64,000 nt of DNA from assembly GCA_037447605.1 (NCBI GenBank), contig CM074813.1, positions 2,170,001 through 2,234,000 on the forward strand, read 5' to 3'. The notes beneath the pieces are model-generated. The model had not been told where the DNA came from. It made no database searches and saw nothing but the letters and a program-made list of their open reading frames with translations. The stretch is from Zygnema circumcarinatum SAG 698-1b. Its lineage: Eukaryota > Plantae > Zygnematophyceae. The position numbers were made by a program, and so were the translations under genes. Positions 34,701 to 46,778 of this stretch are shown here, piece by piece (within the stretch, counting starts at the first letter, position 1; every line of letters begins with the position of its first letter).

Positions 34701-37700
34701 AGCCACTATGGAGGTGGGACAAAGGCCCCCGAGGTCAGTACAAAAGTGAACATGAAGGGCTGAAGCAAACTGACTCCAAACGGAAAGCAGGGAAACGAGC
34801 TGACGAATGGGAGCTCAGTATCCCCACATGGGGCGGAGCTGAGACCGACCTTCAGATTCAGTCTTCATCAACCCTATCATCCGTTGCATTGAAGCTTTTA
34901 CAATGGCTCCGCAAAATGCTGGAAATGGAGGAAGGTCGACAAGTGTCTTTGGAGAAAAAGGACGCCAATATTGTGAAGGGACGTGAGGAAATCGCAGCCT
35001 TTTTGAGGGAAGTTGCTTCAGAAGAAAGCGACCACAGCGCGGGAATGAGTATTCATGCTGATGTTGACATGGAAGAGAACGGAGATTCTAATGTGATGGC
35101 AGGTGTCTCGCGAGAAGGTGAAGCAGATGGAAGTCAGTCTCGAGGGGAGGAATGTCAGGCGGAGGGGGGAGCTGTTGTTGCTTCTGAAGGTCTTCGAGAG
35201 GAGGGGGGTGGGATGGGAGAGCAAAGGGAGGTAGGGAACGAGATAGGCTCTGCTGGGTTGGAGGAAGTTGGAGAGACATTTTTTGAAATAAACGAAGGGA
35301 GTGCAGGACATACACAAGATGCGGAATGGAGCGGTGGGCGGGAAGTAGCAGATGCTGTTTTGGGGAACCCAAGGCATGAAGCTCAGGGGTCTATAAGTCA
35401 GGACGATACAAGGTGGCCTGGAAACGACCGTGGGGATGAGGCTGGGGAGGTTGACATGAGAGATGGAGAGATATGGAGAGAAGACGATGGTGGAAGAGTG
35501 GAAGGAGGTACTGATCTTGCAGGAACAGTCGGCGAGAGTGTGTCAAGAGACGGAATATTGGCTCATGTTTTGGATGAGGATGCACCACTCTGGATACTCC
35601 TTATCGAATACTGGGACGCGGTTCAGGGAGACAGGAGAGACAGACAGGCAAGGAGAGCTGAAAGAAGAGGAGGGAGGGAGGGGAGGGAGAGAGAAGCTGG
35701 TGAAGGTGCTCCGGCTATTACCGGTTTCTTACGGCAAAGAGGGGGGAGAATGAGAGCTATGGGGATGCGTCCTGGGGCAGAGTCTGGTCAGGAGTCCGTA
35801 CTTGAGAAGCTTCCCCCTGTGGGAGTACATGTGCTGGGATGTGGCCATAAGGTCCATCAGGGGTGTTTAGACCGCTACATCTGCTCCCTCCTGCAGAGGT
35901 GGGTGACAGGGAAACTCAAACATTGGAAAATGATGTGAAACGGGGCTGGGGGAGCCCTCGTTTTTGTATGTCTTGGGATACAATTAGTTGGGTCATTCGA
36001 CTTGTGGGTTGGCAACTCGCATACCGCGCCTGTATGAGCAATGCAGCTCTATGCATGCATGCATGAAATGCATGCAGATGTGTTCATTGTAAGCTGACAT
36101 TTGGGAGGAGATGGATTTGCTTGTATGGGAACAGGCACTTGGCTCGAACGCCTTACGAAGGGTCGCATATCGTAAACTTGGAAGTGGTGAGTTGTTTTTT
36201 GTTGAATCATGGCTATGTGGAGTGAAAGCTAGAATCGCATGTTTTGGCTAGGTGAATTCTTGTCCATGGTCTATTGACATTGAGGCAGAGTTAGAGAAAA
36301 CGGTTAATTGCAGCAGCTCTTCGTCTTGAAATCTTAGTTCTACCTTGGCGACACGTGTATTGATAGGATCTTCTTTGACTGTGCGGTAATAAGCATAATT
36401 GCATCTTTCAGGAATTTATCTCTTTTCCCCTTTTTTTTTTTTTTTTCCTTCGTTTTCCATATCCATAGCATTCTTTTTAAGCCTCTTTTTTGACAGATTT
36501 TGTGGGAATTTTGCTGCTTCTGGTCTTAGGACGAGTACCTTTGCCCAATTTGTAGACGTTTGGCAAATGGCATCCTCCCCCTTATCCAATCGAAAAAAGA
36601 CGCAATCCAACAGGACCTGCAAAGCAACACATCAATCACCCCTTCCAAACTTGGGAAGGAAACCTCGAAAGTCTTCCGCACTGAAGTTGTAGCAGTAGCC
36701 AATGACGAGGGGGAACAGGCTTCAACTTCCTCAAGCGAGCCATGCTTGAAATCGCAGCCATGGGGGCAGATGGGATTGCCCAAAAAAGATGCTTTGGGTG
36801 AAGAGATGGGTAGAGGGAATTCCAACCAAAGAGGCGTTTCTCTGAGTGGGGTGATGGACGGGGTCAGAATTCTCTTACGTGCTGAGAGAGTCTCTGCTTT
36901 AGCAGGCAATGCAGTTCTGTCAGAGTCAGCTCTCCCGCACCTGGAGGGTGCTTTGACATCTTTTGCTTCTCAACTGAATCAAGTGTCACATCTGGGAGAG
37001 GACATTCCTAGACTGCCAGTTTTCACAGACATTCAGGCCCTTCACATGTGGGAATCCATGTGGTACAGCGTTGCCAGCTCAGAGCTTGCAGCTCGAGGTG
37101 CCCAACAGGAAGGAGTGCAGGTCGGTACGGTGGAAGCAATATTAGAGGGCAGTTTTCCGAGTGTTGCGGGGTATTTTTTGCCCACAGTGGAAGCGCGTAT
37201 AGCTGCCCTCTCACTGGTTGTAGATGAGGGGAAAGGGTCCCTTCTTTGGGACCTTTGTAGGGGAGCTGTCATCAGGAGAAACTGTAGTCGAGCAGCAATT
37301 TTGGCACGAGGTAGAGGGCTGCAGCTTTACGCTCGGTCTGTCGTAACGGGAAAGTCACGCGATAAGATTACTCCGGATGGAGGGGAAGGCTTGATAGGTA
37401 TGTTCTTCCTGATTACTTCATTGCAACAGGTAACCTTGTATACAGAACAGCATTAGGCATATATTGAGTGCGGAAAGGAAAATGTCGTTCTCCAGCGCAT
37501 ACTTAATTGGTATTGACCAGCTGCTCGAATTCAGGAAGTATTGTCTCCTGGTCTTAACATCCAAGTTAATCCTATCAACCATATGCAACGTTAACACAAC
37601 CAGCCCTGCTGTTAGTGTATGCAACAAACGCATCCAACTACTGCGATCAACACCCACCTGCTAGAAAACATGCCCTGATTTCGTTCTCGAGTCCTTGCCC

Positions 37701-40700
37701 TGTTAGCTTCCGAAAGCAATTTCCTCCTCGTGTGCTAAACCCCCTCTGAAGGAGGACCTGTGCTTGCAGGCCGCGAGGACGGAGGGCGGGCCAACCAGCC
37801 ACCGACATCTGTCCCAGAAGGCGACTTTACGGCATTTTGGCAGCATGCAGCGGAGCCTGTTCTGACGACAGATGCCTTCGCAACTCTGGCGAGACTTATC
37901 TTCTGCCTGCCCGACGAGGAGGACTTGCAAGGAGCGTTTCAGGGATTAGTTCATCTCGTGTACCTTATCTGCGTTGTTCAGGTGTGTTCACTTTCTCTCT
38001 CCCTCTCCCTCTCCTTCTCCGTCCCTTTCCCCCTCCCTCCCCCTCTCCCTCCTCCCTCCTCCCTCCCCTCCTCCCTCTCCCTTTCTTACTCCCCCCTTCC
38101 CACTCCCCCCTCCTCCCCTCCCCTCTCCCGCCTCCCCCCTTCCCTCTCCCCCCTCCCCCCTTTCCTCTCCCCCTCNNNNNNNNNNCCCCCACCTCCCTTC
38201 ACTCTAGCTCTCCCTCTCATGTGGATTTTCTTTGCTTTCTGTAGGTCATCGCACGCTTGGGACGTCATCTTGTGGTGGACAAATCCATCCCACCGCGAGT
38301 GCGATGGCTGATTGGCTTCGTGCTCTGCTCAACAATGGACCTCCCCGTTTGCTCCGTTTCAGAGGACTTAGTTCCACTGCAGCCGCACTGCAGTCAGTGG
38401 TCACATTGGATCCATATTCACACCTTACCTTTCCTCCGAAGCTGTGTCCTCCTCCAACAGCTCCTTTTCGAAAATGTGGAGCTGTTTGTAAATAAAGTAT
38501 CCTTAAAAGGATCAACTCTTTCTCTACATCGTTCACCTTCAAACGCTCAGTCAGTGCTCCAAACTCAAGCCCAATCAGATGTTCGGGTCGGGTCGAGTAG
38601 GCTGTCTGAACCTGCTCAGCAAAGCATCCTATCGGGGGGAGAGAAGAGAAAAGCTTTATGTTCATCGACTTTATCCGAAGCGTGCCCTTCACTAAGGTCA
38701 GGCTCTCATCTCCCTCGCTTAGACGAGGGACGTGCCGATCTCCCTTCAGCAAGTGTAGTAATTGACGAATGGGGAACTTCAAGAACGCCGGCTGCCCTTG
38801 CAGCCATGACAGTGGATGGCCCATCTCCCCAGAGTGTGAAAGATAGGCCTCCCATCTCCCCTATAGCGCTCTCTTCCAATGGGGTTGACTGGAGAGCAGA
38901 GAAACTTCAGACTGACGTGCAGCTGCAAGAGTTTCAAGTGTGGGAGCGAGCATTCAAATTGCCCCCACTTGAAGCCCTGCTGTCCGATGAAGGGACATGG
39001 ATTTTCATTGCAAGGTGGTGCCGCCATGCAGTAGAGAAGTCGAAGAATGGCGAACTGCGAGAGCTGGTCACACCGGGGCCGGCATCACCATTTGCACTTA
39101 CGAGGCTGCCTTATCGATTCCATGAGCTTTTCCAAAGGTGGGTCTCACATAGGCCATTTCGTTTTAGGCTCTGGAGTTGTTCACTTTCTAGACGATGCGT
39201 CGAACTCACTAAACACTAAAGATGCTGTTGGTGATGGGTCTCATATTGTTGTTTACGTATTTTGTGCGCTTCTGTTTTGTTCTTTCCTTTTGGTTTTCTG
39301 ATGTTTTTTTTTGCATTGTACATCATTTCTTTTTCATTTTGTTCCTGAACATAGGTATGTGAGGGAGCCATGCGTCTTCTGCGGATCCATTCCTGAGCAG
39401 CCTGTGCTCTGCCTCTTTTGCAATGCCTTCTTTTGTGGTGCTCATTGGTGAGTTGTGACTTTTTCACTGCCCCTTGCATCTTAAGGAACGTTTAAGGGAC
39501 GTCAGTGGATGACGAAGCGAAAGGTTTCACTGCTCTATGCTGTCCATTCCCTGCATGTATTGGTTCTGCTGGTGGTTCTAATGTGGTAACCTTCGTGTTT
39601 TCTTACTTTGCTCTTTGAAGTAGCAAGAACACATGTCTGTTGGGGGGGAAGAGCTATGTGCCTTAGAGGTTAGGTAAAGTAACGTTGATTCAAGTATATC
39701 TATGTTTCTCTTGAGCTACAACTTTCGTAACTTGGAAAAGCAATTTCTTTTCAGTTACCTTCAAGCAGTAGCACCTGTAACGGAATCTTCTCCTTACTTA
39801 TGCCCTAAAATTGGGAGAAGAAGCTTCTTTAGAATTGTTTGGAAATCGGTAACTGCTAGTTTAGTTTTGGCATGATTGGACATAACTTAAATCATTTGAA
39901 GACAGACAGACAGTGAAGAGGAGCATGCAGGAACAGCATGGGTTTGTTTGCATGTACTTATACGCCAAACTAGGTATGGGCTCTAAATTTCCACCAAGGC
40001 TCGCATGTTTCTCAACAGGGACAGCGCGAGGAGGAGCCGCAGCCAAGGAGGGTGTGGAGAGGTCTATTCTCACGCAAAGAAGTGTGGGGGGGGAACGGGA
40101 GTTTATCTCATGCTGCGGGTATGGACTGTACTCGGAATAGGAGTCCTGACGAGCTTCTATGATGCAGCTGACTGGACTTTTCAATCTTGTCTTCCCAGAA
40201 TGTCTGTCGATGATCAAGCAACTCTTGCATGCTCAACCTTTCTCGGAACTTTTTTTCACTCTGTCTAACTTCACTTCCTTGTATAAGTCGGTGTTCTTGG
40301 TCGAATCTCCGCACTTATCATTAGATTACCGGATTGAGGAGTTTTCTTTTTGGAATTGTTGAACGAGCAATATGAAGAGTTAGTCAAGTATCGTATGTGA
40401 GCTGTTGGGTCCTGTGTGAGCCTTTGCAGAGGACGACTGTGCTCTTGTTGCGTGAGGAGAGATATGCCATGTGGCCCTCGCCGTACTTGGACGCCTATGG
40501 GGAGGAGGATGAAAATCTGCGCAGGGGCAAGCCCTTGTTTCTCAGTCAAGAGCGCTATGCGGCACTAACTGCGCTGGTCAGTTTCTCTCTTTGGCACTTT
40601 GTCGAGCGGCTATGTGGGTTTCGAAGGGACTCCTATTTCATGGATGGGTTCGAGTGAGTCTCTATGTAATCTATGCATTGGGATACCGTGTTAGGGTGGC

Positions 40701-40959
40701 TTAAAATCTTCAAACCTTTTTGGTGACCCTAATTTTTTTTTTAGGCTTAACTTTTTTTTGGTAAACCCTAAAACCCTGGAGGCAAACTATGCACAAGTTG
40801 GGCAGCATTTCCTGATACGAACATGCAGACAGGTTGATCAGGTTCTTATTCTCCAGACTTACATTGTTGCGCTTTGGGATGTGCACGCAGGTGGCGTCAC
40901 ATGGACTCGACCACAGCACTGCAGTCCTTTCTCAGAGCGGCAGGGGGGGGCTCTTTTAG
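28740..40959 (+). CDS. PRT6: PROTEOLYSIS 6, UBR-box/RING-H2 N-recognin E3 ubiquitin ligase (16 exons)
   Basis: UBR box CGNVWGPNDIAYRCKTCEHDPTCAICVSCFQNGDHEDHDYSMIRTGGGCCDCGD..FCKRH; RING-H2 CGHKVHQGCLDRY..EYLCPICRRLAN; C-terminal CLFC..HAKKCGGGTGVYL..WPSPYLDAYGEED..RRGKPLFLSQERY. Approximate exons: 28740-28790, 29091-30158, 30597-31915, 32125-32265, 32404-32647, 32881-33693, 34055-34300, 34673-35898, 36136-36186, 36529-37398, 37771-37981, 38245-39137, 39357-39447, 40019-40118, 40428-40577, 40891-40959. Confidence 0.96.
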
Positions 40960-41920
40960 AACTGTGAGCTGCAAAAGTGGGCGAAACTCACCGTCGCAGG
41001 ACCGATCACTTGCTGTCCCGTCCTTCCTCTAGCCTGTGTCTGCAGGGACCGCCCTGCAGCCTCTCAAGGAGAGATGCAGGGTACTCAGTCCCTGGGAGAA
41101 ATGCTGCAATACATGTACATAGTCTGTGTTTGCAGGTTAGAAGCAAGTGATGGCAATGTTGTTGTTTAGGATCGAAAGATGCCGGCAGCCGCCGTTGGTT
41201 CGAGAGCTCGAGTGATCTTGTATAGTGCGCATCAATACAATTCCAAGGGCATGTGAAGCTGTTAACACGTTAATCTGTTACATGTTAATTCGTTATTCGA
41301 ATTCGAGTAATTCGAGTGATTCCAACCATGCTTGAATGTCGGTGTACGGAGACCATGCGTAGCTTGCGCCAAAGCGTGGGACATTATGAGGTGTCTCCAA
41401 TTGTCAACCGCAGTTTGTTGACACGCCATCTACGAGTAGTCCGGTTCATGGGATCGCACAGCTAGGGGGAGAAGGGGAAGGATGAGAGGGCGGAGGGGAA
41501 AGGGGGGAGGGGNNNNNNNNNNGAGGGGGGAGGGGGAGAGGGCGGAGGGGAAAGAGGGGAAAGGGAGAGGGGGGAGGAAGGAATAGGGGGGAGGGAGAGG
41601 GGGCAGGGAATAGGGCCAGGGGCGGGTTGGAGGGGAGAGGGCGAAAGGGGGAGGGAGATGAAACGAGAGGTACAGGGGCGCATGAGAAGATGATACATCC
41701 AGTGGCCAGAAATAAAAGGCTCTGCATTAAGGCTGTGAAGCTGTGTGAACAGGGCCATCCTGGAAGCAGATCTTCCCCAACGGAAGCCTCTTGGACCCGG
41801 ACTCCCCTCCAATAGCCTACACTACGCCCATAAGCTGCTCAGCTCTTTATATTCCACGACTCTTTAGCTACCGCTACCTACAAAGCGTACAGAAAATTAT
41901 GTGCAGGGAGGACCGAATAA

Positions 41921-44900
41921 CTACATCATTTCTTGAGATCTTCGTACGATTCGGCTGACCTTTCTCTTGAACTCCTCCTTGTGGTCACGCCAATCCTTCT
42001 GCAGTCAGCATCCCAAACACACTCAGCACGATCCTCCTCGCTATACTTCCCCAACGAAGCTCAAGGTCCATTGTAGAAGATGGAGGAGGTTACGCAGGAG
42101 ATAAGGGAAGAGAGGGGCAGGCTTGAAGGCACATGAGGAAAGGAAACAAGGAGATACGGAAATGGGGTGGTTTTATGGTTTTTAGGGTTAAAGCGCTGAG
42201 CTCGGAGATGAGGATGCAGGAGAGGGAGGGGAGAGAGTCAGGAACAAGAAAGGGAGGGAAGGCGACAGTGGACGTCCAATACACGGGCTGTATCGGGTAA
42301 AGCGTTAAGGTCAAGAGAAGAGGAGGAGAGAGGGGCCTTTCCAGTGTGAAAGCACCCCTAGTAGAGGTAACCTAAAAGGAGGTTAACCACAGAGTCGACA
42401 CTAGTCCATATGCTAAGAGTGTTTTTACTCGGATCACAACCAAATGCTTTTTGAAACATCACTACAATCACTCATGTCAAGTCTGTAGTGAAGCAAGCAG
42501 AAGCCTTACCGCTGCGTCAATGTTTGCAGGAGACTCGTCATTAGGACCAGACAGCATTGAGATGATGCTGAGCAGAATAGTCTCAACCTGCGTTAAGACA
42601 AACCTGCCGTATGTAAGTGCGCTGGTAAAGCAAAGGACGAGAGCGCCGGAACAGCGCTACTAACTGAAGCATACATGAGGTACAAACGGTATACAGAGTC
42701 AACAATAAGCAAGAGGTCAAATGACGTTCAGCAGCTTACTGCACACATTGGTTGGGAAAGTATAGCCATAACCCCCTTGAGGACATATATTCTAGATATT
42801 GTGGACATTCATATCAGCCTCCCAATAAATGGTTGTCGTGTATAGGACTTACAGAGGCACGAAACTCGAGGCAAAAAACTGATCTGACTTTGGCCTTGCT
42901 GCACATTTAATTTCTGATCTCTCGTTTCAGCACTACTATATTCACTAACGACCCGTTCAAGCAGCTGCTCAGTGTTCCCGAACAAATTCTGGTAAGAGCC
43001 CAAAACACTTAACAGTACAGGACGACAGGTGTGATAGACTAAAGAAAGAAACAAGAACTGCACTGGAGATTCTGTGTGTGAAAGCCGTCCAAAGCCAATG
43101 CCAAAAATTAGACTCCAAGCCTTTCCCAGTTATACTCCTAGTGCACCGCCTGAGGAAAAGGCAGAAAGTAACCTTTAATGGTCTTACAGAGAGGGCGACA
43201 ATCAGCTATGCCCAAGTACATATGGGGCTGACCTAGTAATGACTACCCAATTACTATACAAGCAATACGTTACGTGTGCATTCCTCGCAGCCGATCCAGC
43301 TCTGCAAACATGGCTCCACCAAAAAAAAAATCTTCCTACTTACCGTATGAACCGGAGTCCACCTCTCGCTGGCAAGCTCATAGCCATTGGGGTCATCCCC
43401 AGGAGCGTGGAGGATAGAGATACAAACACGGCCATCTGGGTACACTGCAGGCCGAATAGATTGAACACAAACGCACGGTAAGCTGCAGTTGCTGTAACAA
43501 GCTGCTGGATCAGAGCCGGACCAAAAAACCTGCAGTTTGCCATTCAGATGGTCAAATCCACAGAAAACTTCAAGGAGCAACGTCCAAAACCGGTCGAAGA
43601 ATGAGACCTTCTCATTGTCATAACTGCACAAAATCAAGCAGCTGACGAGGACCCAAGCTACATATCAGACCTTAACACGACATGCAGATTTGAAAAAAAT
43701 TACAAACTCGGCAAGATTTAGTGTAAGATAGACACCTCTCCAGCTCCCACTAAACAATAATGTAGATAATGCAGGCATCTCACACTGAAATGTGTCCTTA
43801 TCGAAAACCTAATGCAGTATCTGCAGTATGTGCAGCATCTGTTGCACATTCCTAAAAATAGAAATCCCTTGCTCAGAGCTAGAAATACTCAATAGAACTA
43901 AAGAACGTATAATTCTAGATTGCCCAAACGCTCCATCACTTCGACAGGATTTTACTGTCTTTGCAAGCTGCTCTAATTGCAAACTACCTTGAGTCCCTCT
44001 CAGCCAGAGCTTCCACTATGCCGAACCCCAAGTCCAGACACTGGCCAAAGCATCAAGCAGGTCCGGAACTCAATTCATACATTGTGACAGGGCTTATGCA
44101 CAAAAGAGAGCGAAGTGAGGAGAGAAGTATGACGAGCGAGAGAGAAGAACGAGAAGAAAGTGGATACGAGAGAGAAGAAAGAGGGCAGGGTCAGGTTAAG
44201 ACGAGTGATTATAGGGTATTGGAATGAAAGTGTGAGAGAGAGAAATTAGGAAGGGGAGTGAAAAAAGGGGGAGGGAGAGTGAGTTATAAGGAAATTGCTC
44301 AAAAAAGCTCAGGACTCGGGCAATAAGGTTGAAACTTCGTTCGCACCATTAGGGTGCCACATCTCTGAAGTGAAGCGAACAGAAGGGGGACTGTTCGGGT
44401 AATTGCTGGGAAAGCTCATAATCGCATTGAAGAATCCTCCCTCACTGAACATGCACGAGATACAACCCAATTGTAATAGTCAATATCTGCATAAACTTCA
44501 CTAACGCCACACGATTTGTGTCATAACCACGGCCCTCCCATGAGTGCAGAGGGTAGCCGAGATTGTCACAGCATCGAAACAATTAACGTCAGAGCGGTTT
44601 CAATATATTTAAGGATTGGAAGGGAACGGAAACTCTTACTAGAGAGTGTCTGGCGGTCCAATAATTGTCACTTGCCATTCAAAGACGTTGGAGTCATCCA
44701 CTAGACCCGCTGAGAAGCCATCTACGGGATTCCTTGTTAAGTCTGTTGTGTCAGACCAATCAGGGCACAGAAATGAGCAGATGAGAAACACGGTCTTTCC
44801 AAAAACCCTACAGTTAGTCCCTCCTGATCCTTCCAATGAAACAGGCCACAAAGAAGTGCGCGCGCGGTACCTTGAGTCAAAATCCTACAGAGCTCTTCTC

Positions 44901-45039
44901 TCTAGACACAGAAAAAGACAAATCACACAATCCTGCAGGAGTGCCCTAATACCCTGAGCGCAGCTGAGGGCTCTCCTTCTGCAGAAGCGCTACCTTTCAG
45001 CTGTTTACGCAATAGCAGGCTGGCCTGGTTCTCGGCCAT
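41921..45039 (-). CDS. UBC7: Ubiquitin-conjugating enzyme E2, UBC7/13/14 (UBE2G1) class (6 exons)
   Basis: [15 protein letters not shown]|[35 protein letters not shown]|[32 protein letters not shown]|[34 protein letters not shown]|[26 protein letters not shown]|[25 protein letters not shown]. Catalytic Cys and the class-specific acidic loop are present. Confidence 0.96.
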
Positions 45040-45114
45040 CAGAGTACTGCAAGGAGCCTCCCTTTGAAGCACAAGCTGGGTGGCTCTGCGTTTGATAGAG
45101 GGGCCACTCTGATC

Positions 45115-45123
45115 AAACCCTAA
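45115..45123 (+). promoter_or_regulatory. Telo-box upstream of the UBC gene
   Basis: AAACCCTAA ~76 bp upstream of the UBC ATG (45039). Confidence 0.55.
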
Positions 45124-45950
45124 TCCACCCGAGACAGCGCCGCTCCCCCTTCCGCTCCGTTCCACGCAACGCCAAAATATAACAAATTCGGCTCCTTAGG
45201 GACCCCCCTTTTGCTGCGCAGACTTCCTCTCCGAGCCTGCACAATGCTCCCTATTGGAAACGATAGCCACTGGAGAGGGATACCGAGCGGAGAAAAAGCA
45301 GAGAGGAGAGAGGGAGAGAGGGACGGATGAGTGAGCAGGGAGGTGGCAGGAGGGAGGGAGAGAAGCGAGCAGGACGGCAGAGGGAGGGCGGAAGCACGAG
45401 ATAGGGAACAGCGGGGACGAGAAGATAGGCACGATGAGAGAGCGCCCGATGAGGGAGCGAGAGGGCGGCGGCCAACGAGAGAGACAGGGAGAGAGAGTGA
45501 TAGGGGGAGAGAGAGGCAGTGAGAGAGAGGTAGAGAGAAGACGGGGTCTGTGGCGGAGGGGAGAGGACGGACGGACTGAGAGCAGGCGGAAGGAGTGACA
45601 GAACAGTCCAAACCAACAGGATCCTTTTCCACGATTCCAGGATCAACTTCGAGTCGGTCTCTCCTGGACTGATCAAGAGTTGATCCAAAAAGGTAGATCC
45701 AAGAAAGGACCGTGTGCAGGCAGAAGTTCTGTGAGACTAAAGACTTTGGACCCATCCGTTTTATGGCTCCATCCATTCTGTGGATCCACCACGGTGGATC
45801 CCGTTGGAGAGTGTCAGTAGGTGACTCGGTGGATCCGGCGGAAGGCGCAATCGATGGCGCCACGTGGCCGTCGGCCGGGCAGCGCCGAAAAACCGGCAGC
45901 AGCCTCGGAGGGCGCGCCAGCTGGCAGCCGCCGCCCTTCCCCCCCTTCCT

Positions 45951-46070
45951 GCAGTTCAGTTCCGTTTCGTTCAGTTCAGCGCAGTTCGATTCAGACCAGT
46001 CTAGTTCAGTTCAGACAAGTTCAATTAAGTCCAGTTCAGTTAAGTCCAGTTCAGTTCAGTCCAGTTCAGT
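45951..46070. repeat. Degenerate (GTTCA)n pentamer array
   Basis: Repeated GTTCA/GTCCA units, e.g. AGTTCAGTTAAGTCCAGTTCAGTTCAGTCCAGTTCAGTC. Confidence 0.85.
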
Positions 46071-46778
46071 CTTGTGTTCCTTCATGTTCATATCTCCGCC
46101 ACATGCTATCGCTAGCGATGTCTGCATCATGGACATGCATCATATCCGAAATGGACAATCACGTTTCCGTCCGTCGCTCTCTCGCATCTGCTTGCGGATG
46201 GGAGGCACCAAAACCCTGTTTTCCAAGATCGGATATAAGAGAAAAAAACACAGAAAAAGCTTTGATGCAACGAAAACGGCTGACATTTGCAAGAAAGAGC
46301 AGGAGGCTGCCTGAACGAGAATCCACGGCTGAGATATAGAAGAAAAGAGAAGGGACAACGGGGGGATAGGGGGGAGAGAGAGCGAAAGAGGGACAAAGAG
46401 GAGGGAGCGAGAGATATGCTTTGGAATCCGAATAATTGAAAGCATACCGTAACTAAGGCAGGTATTCCACTAGGCCTCGGTAAGCTCTGGCCCTTGCAGC
46501 CGGAGAACGAACTCACAACTATGTGCTAGTTGTGCCGCATCTAATCGCACGGGACAAGGCGAATGAGAACTGGCTATTTCCTAACCTGTAAAGCGAAATG
46601 GACCCTTTCAAGAGCTAAGGTACTCAGAACCTCTGTCATCGCCCTCTGCTGGCTCATTTCAATACCTCACTTTACTAAGAATACGGTCGTAAATGACATG
46701 AGATCTTTCTCACTCAAACAATTAAGACTATCACTTCCCATTCACTGCGCGATTCCCAACAATGTCTAGAGTTTCTGT

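Larger units (their letters stand above)
20562..41522. other. Six 10-N assembly gaps (20562, 20983, 23544, 27539, 38176, 41513)
   Basis: Runs of n; five of the six adjoin G/A- or C/T-rich low-complexity tracts. Confidence 0.98.

Noticed and set aside
41400-41900. Short ORFs suggesting a retroelement fragment
   Set aside because: They lie in the 3' UTR zone of UBC/PRT6 and a GA-rich gap; no TE domains.
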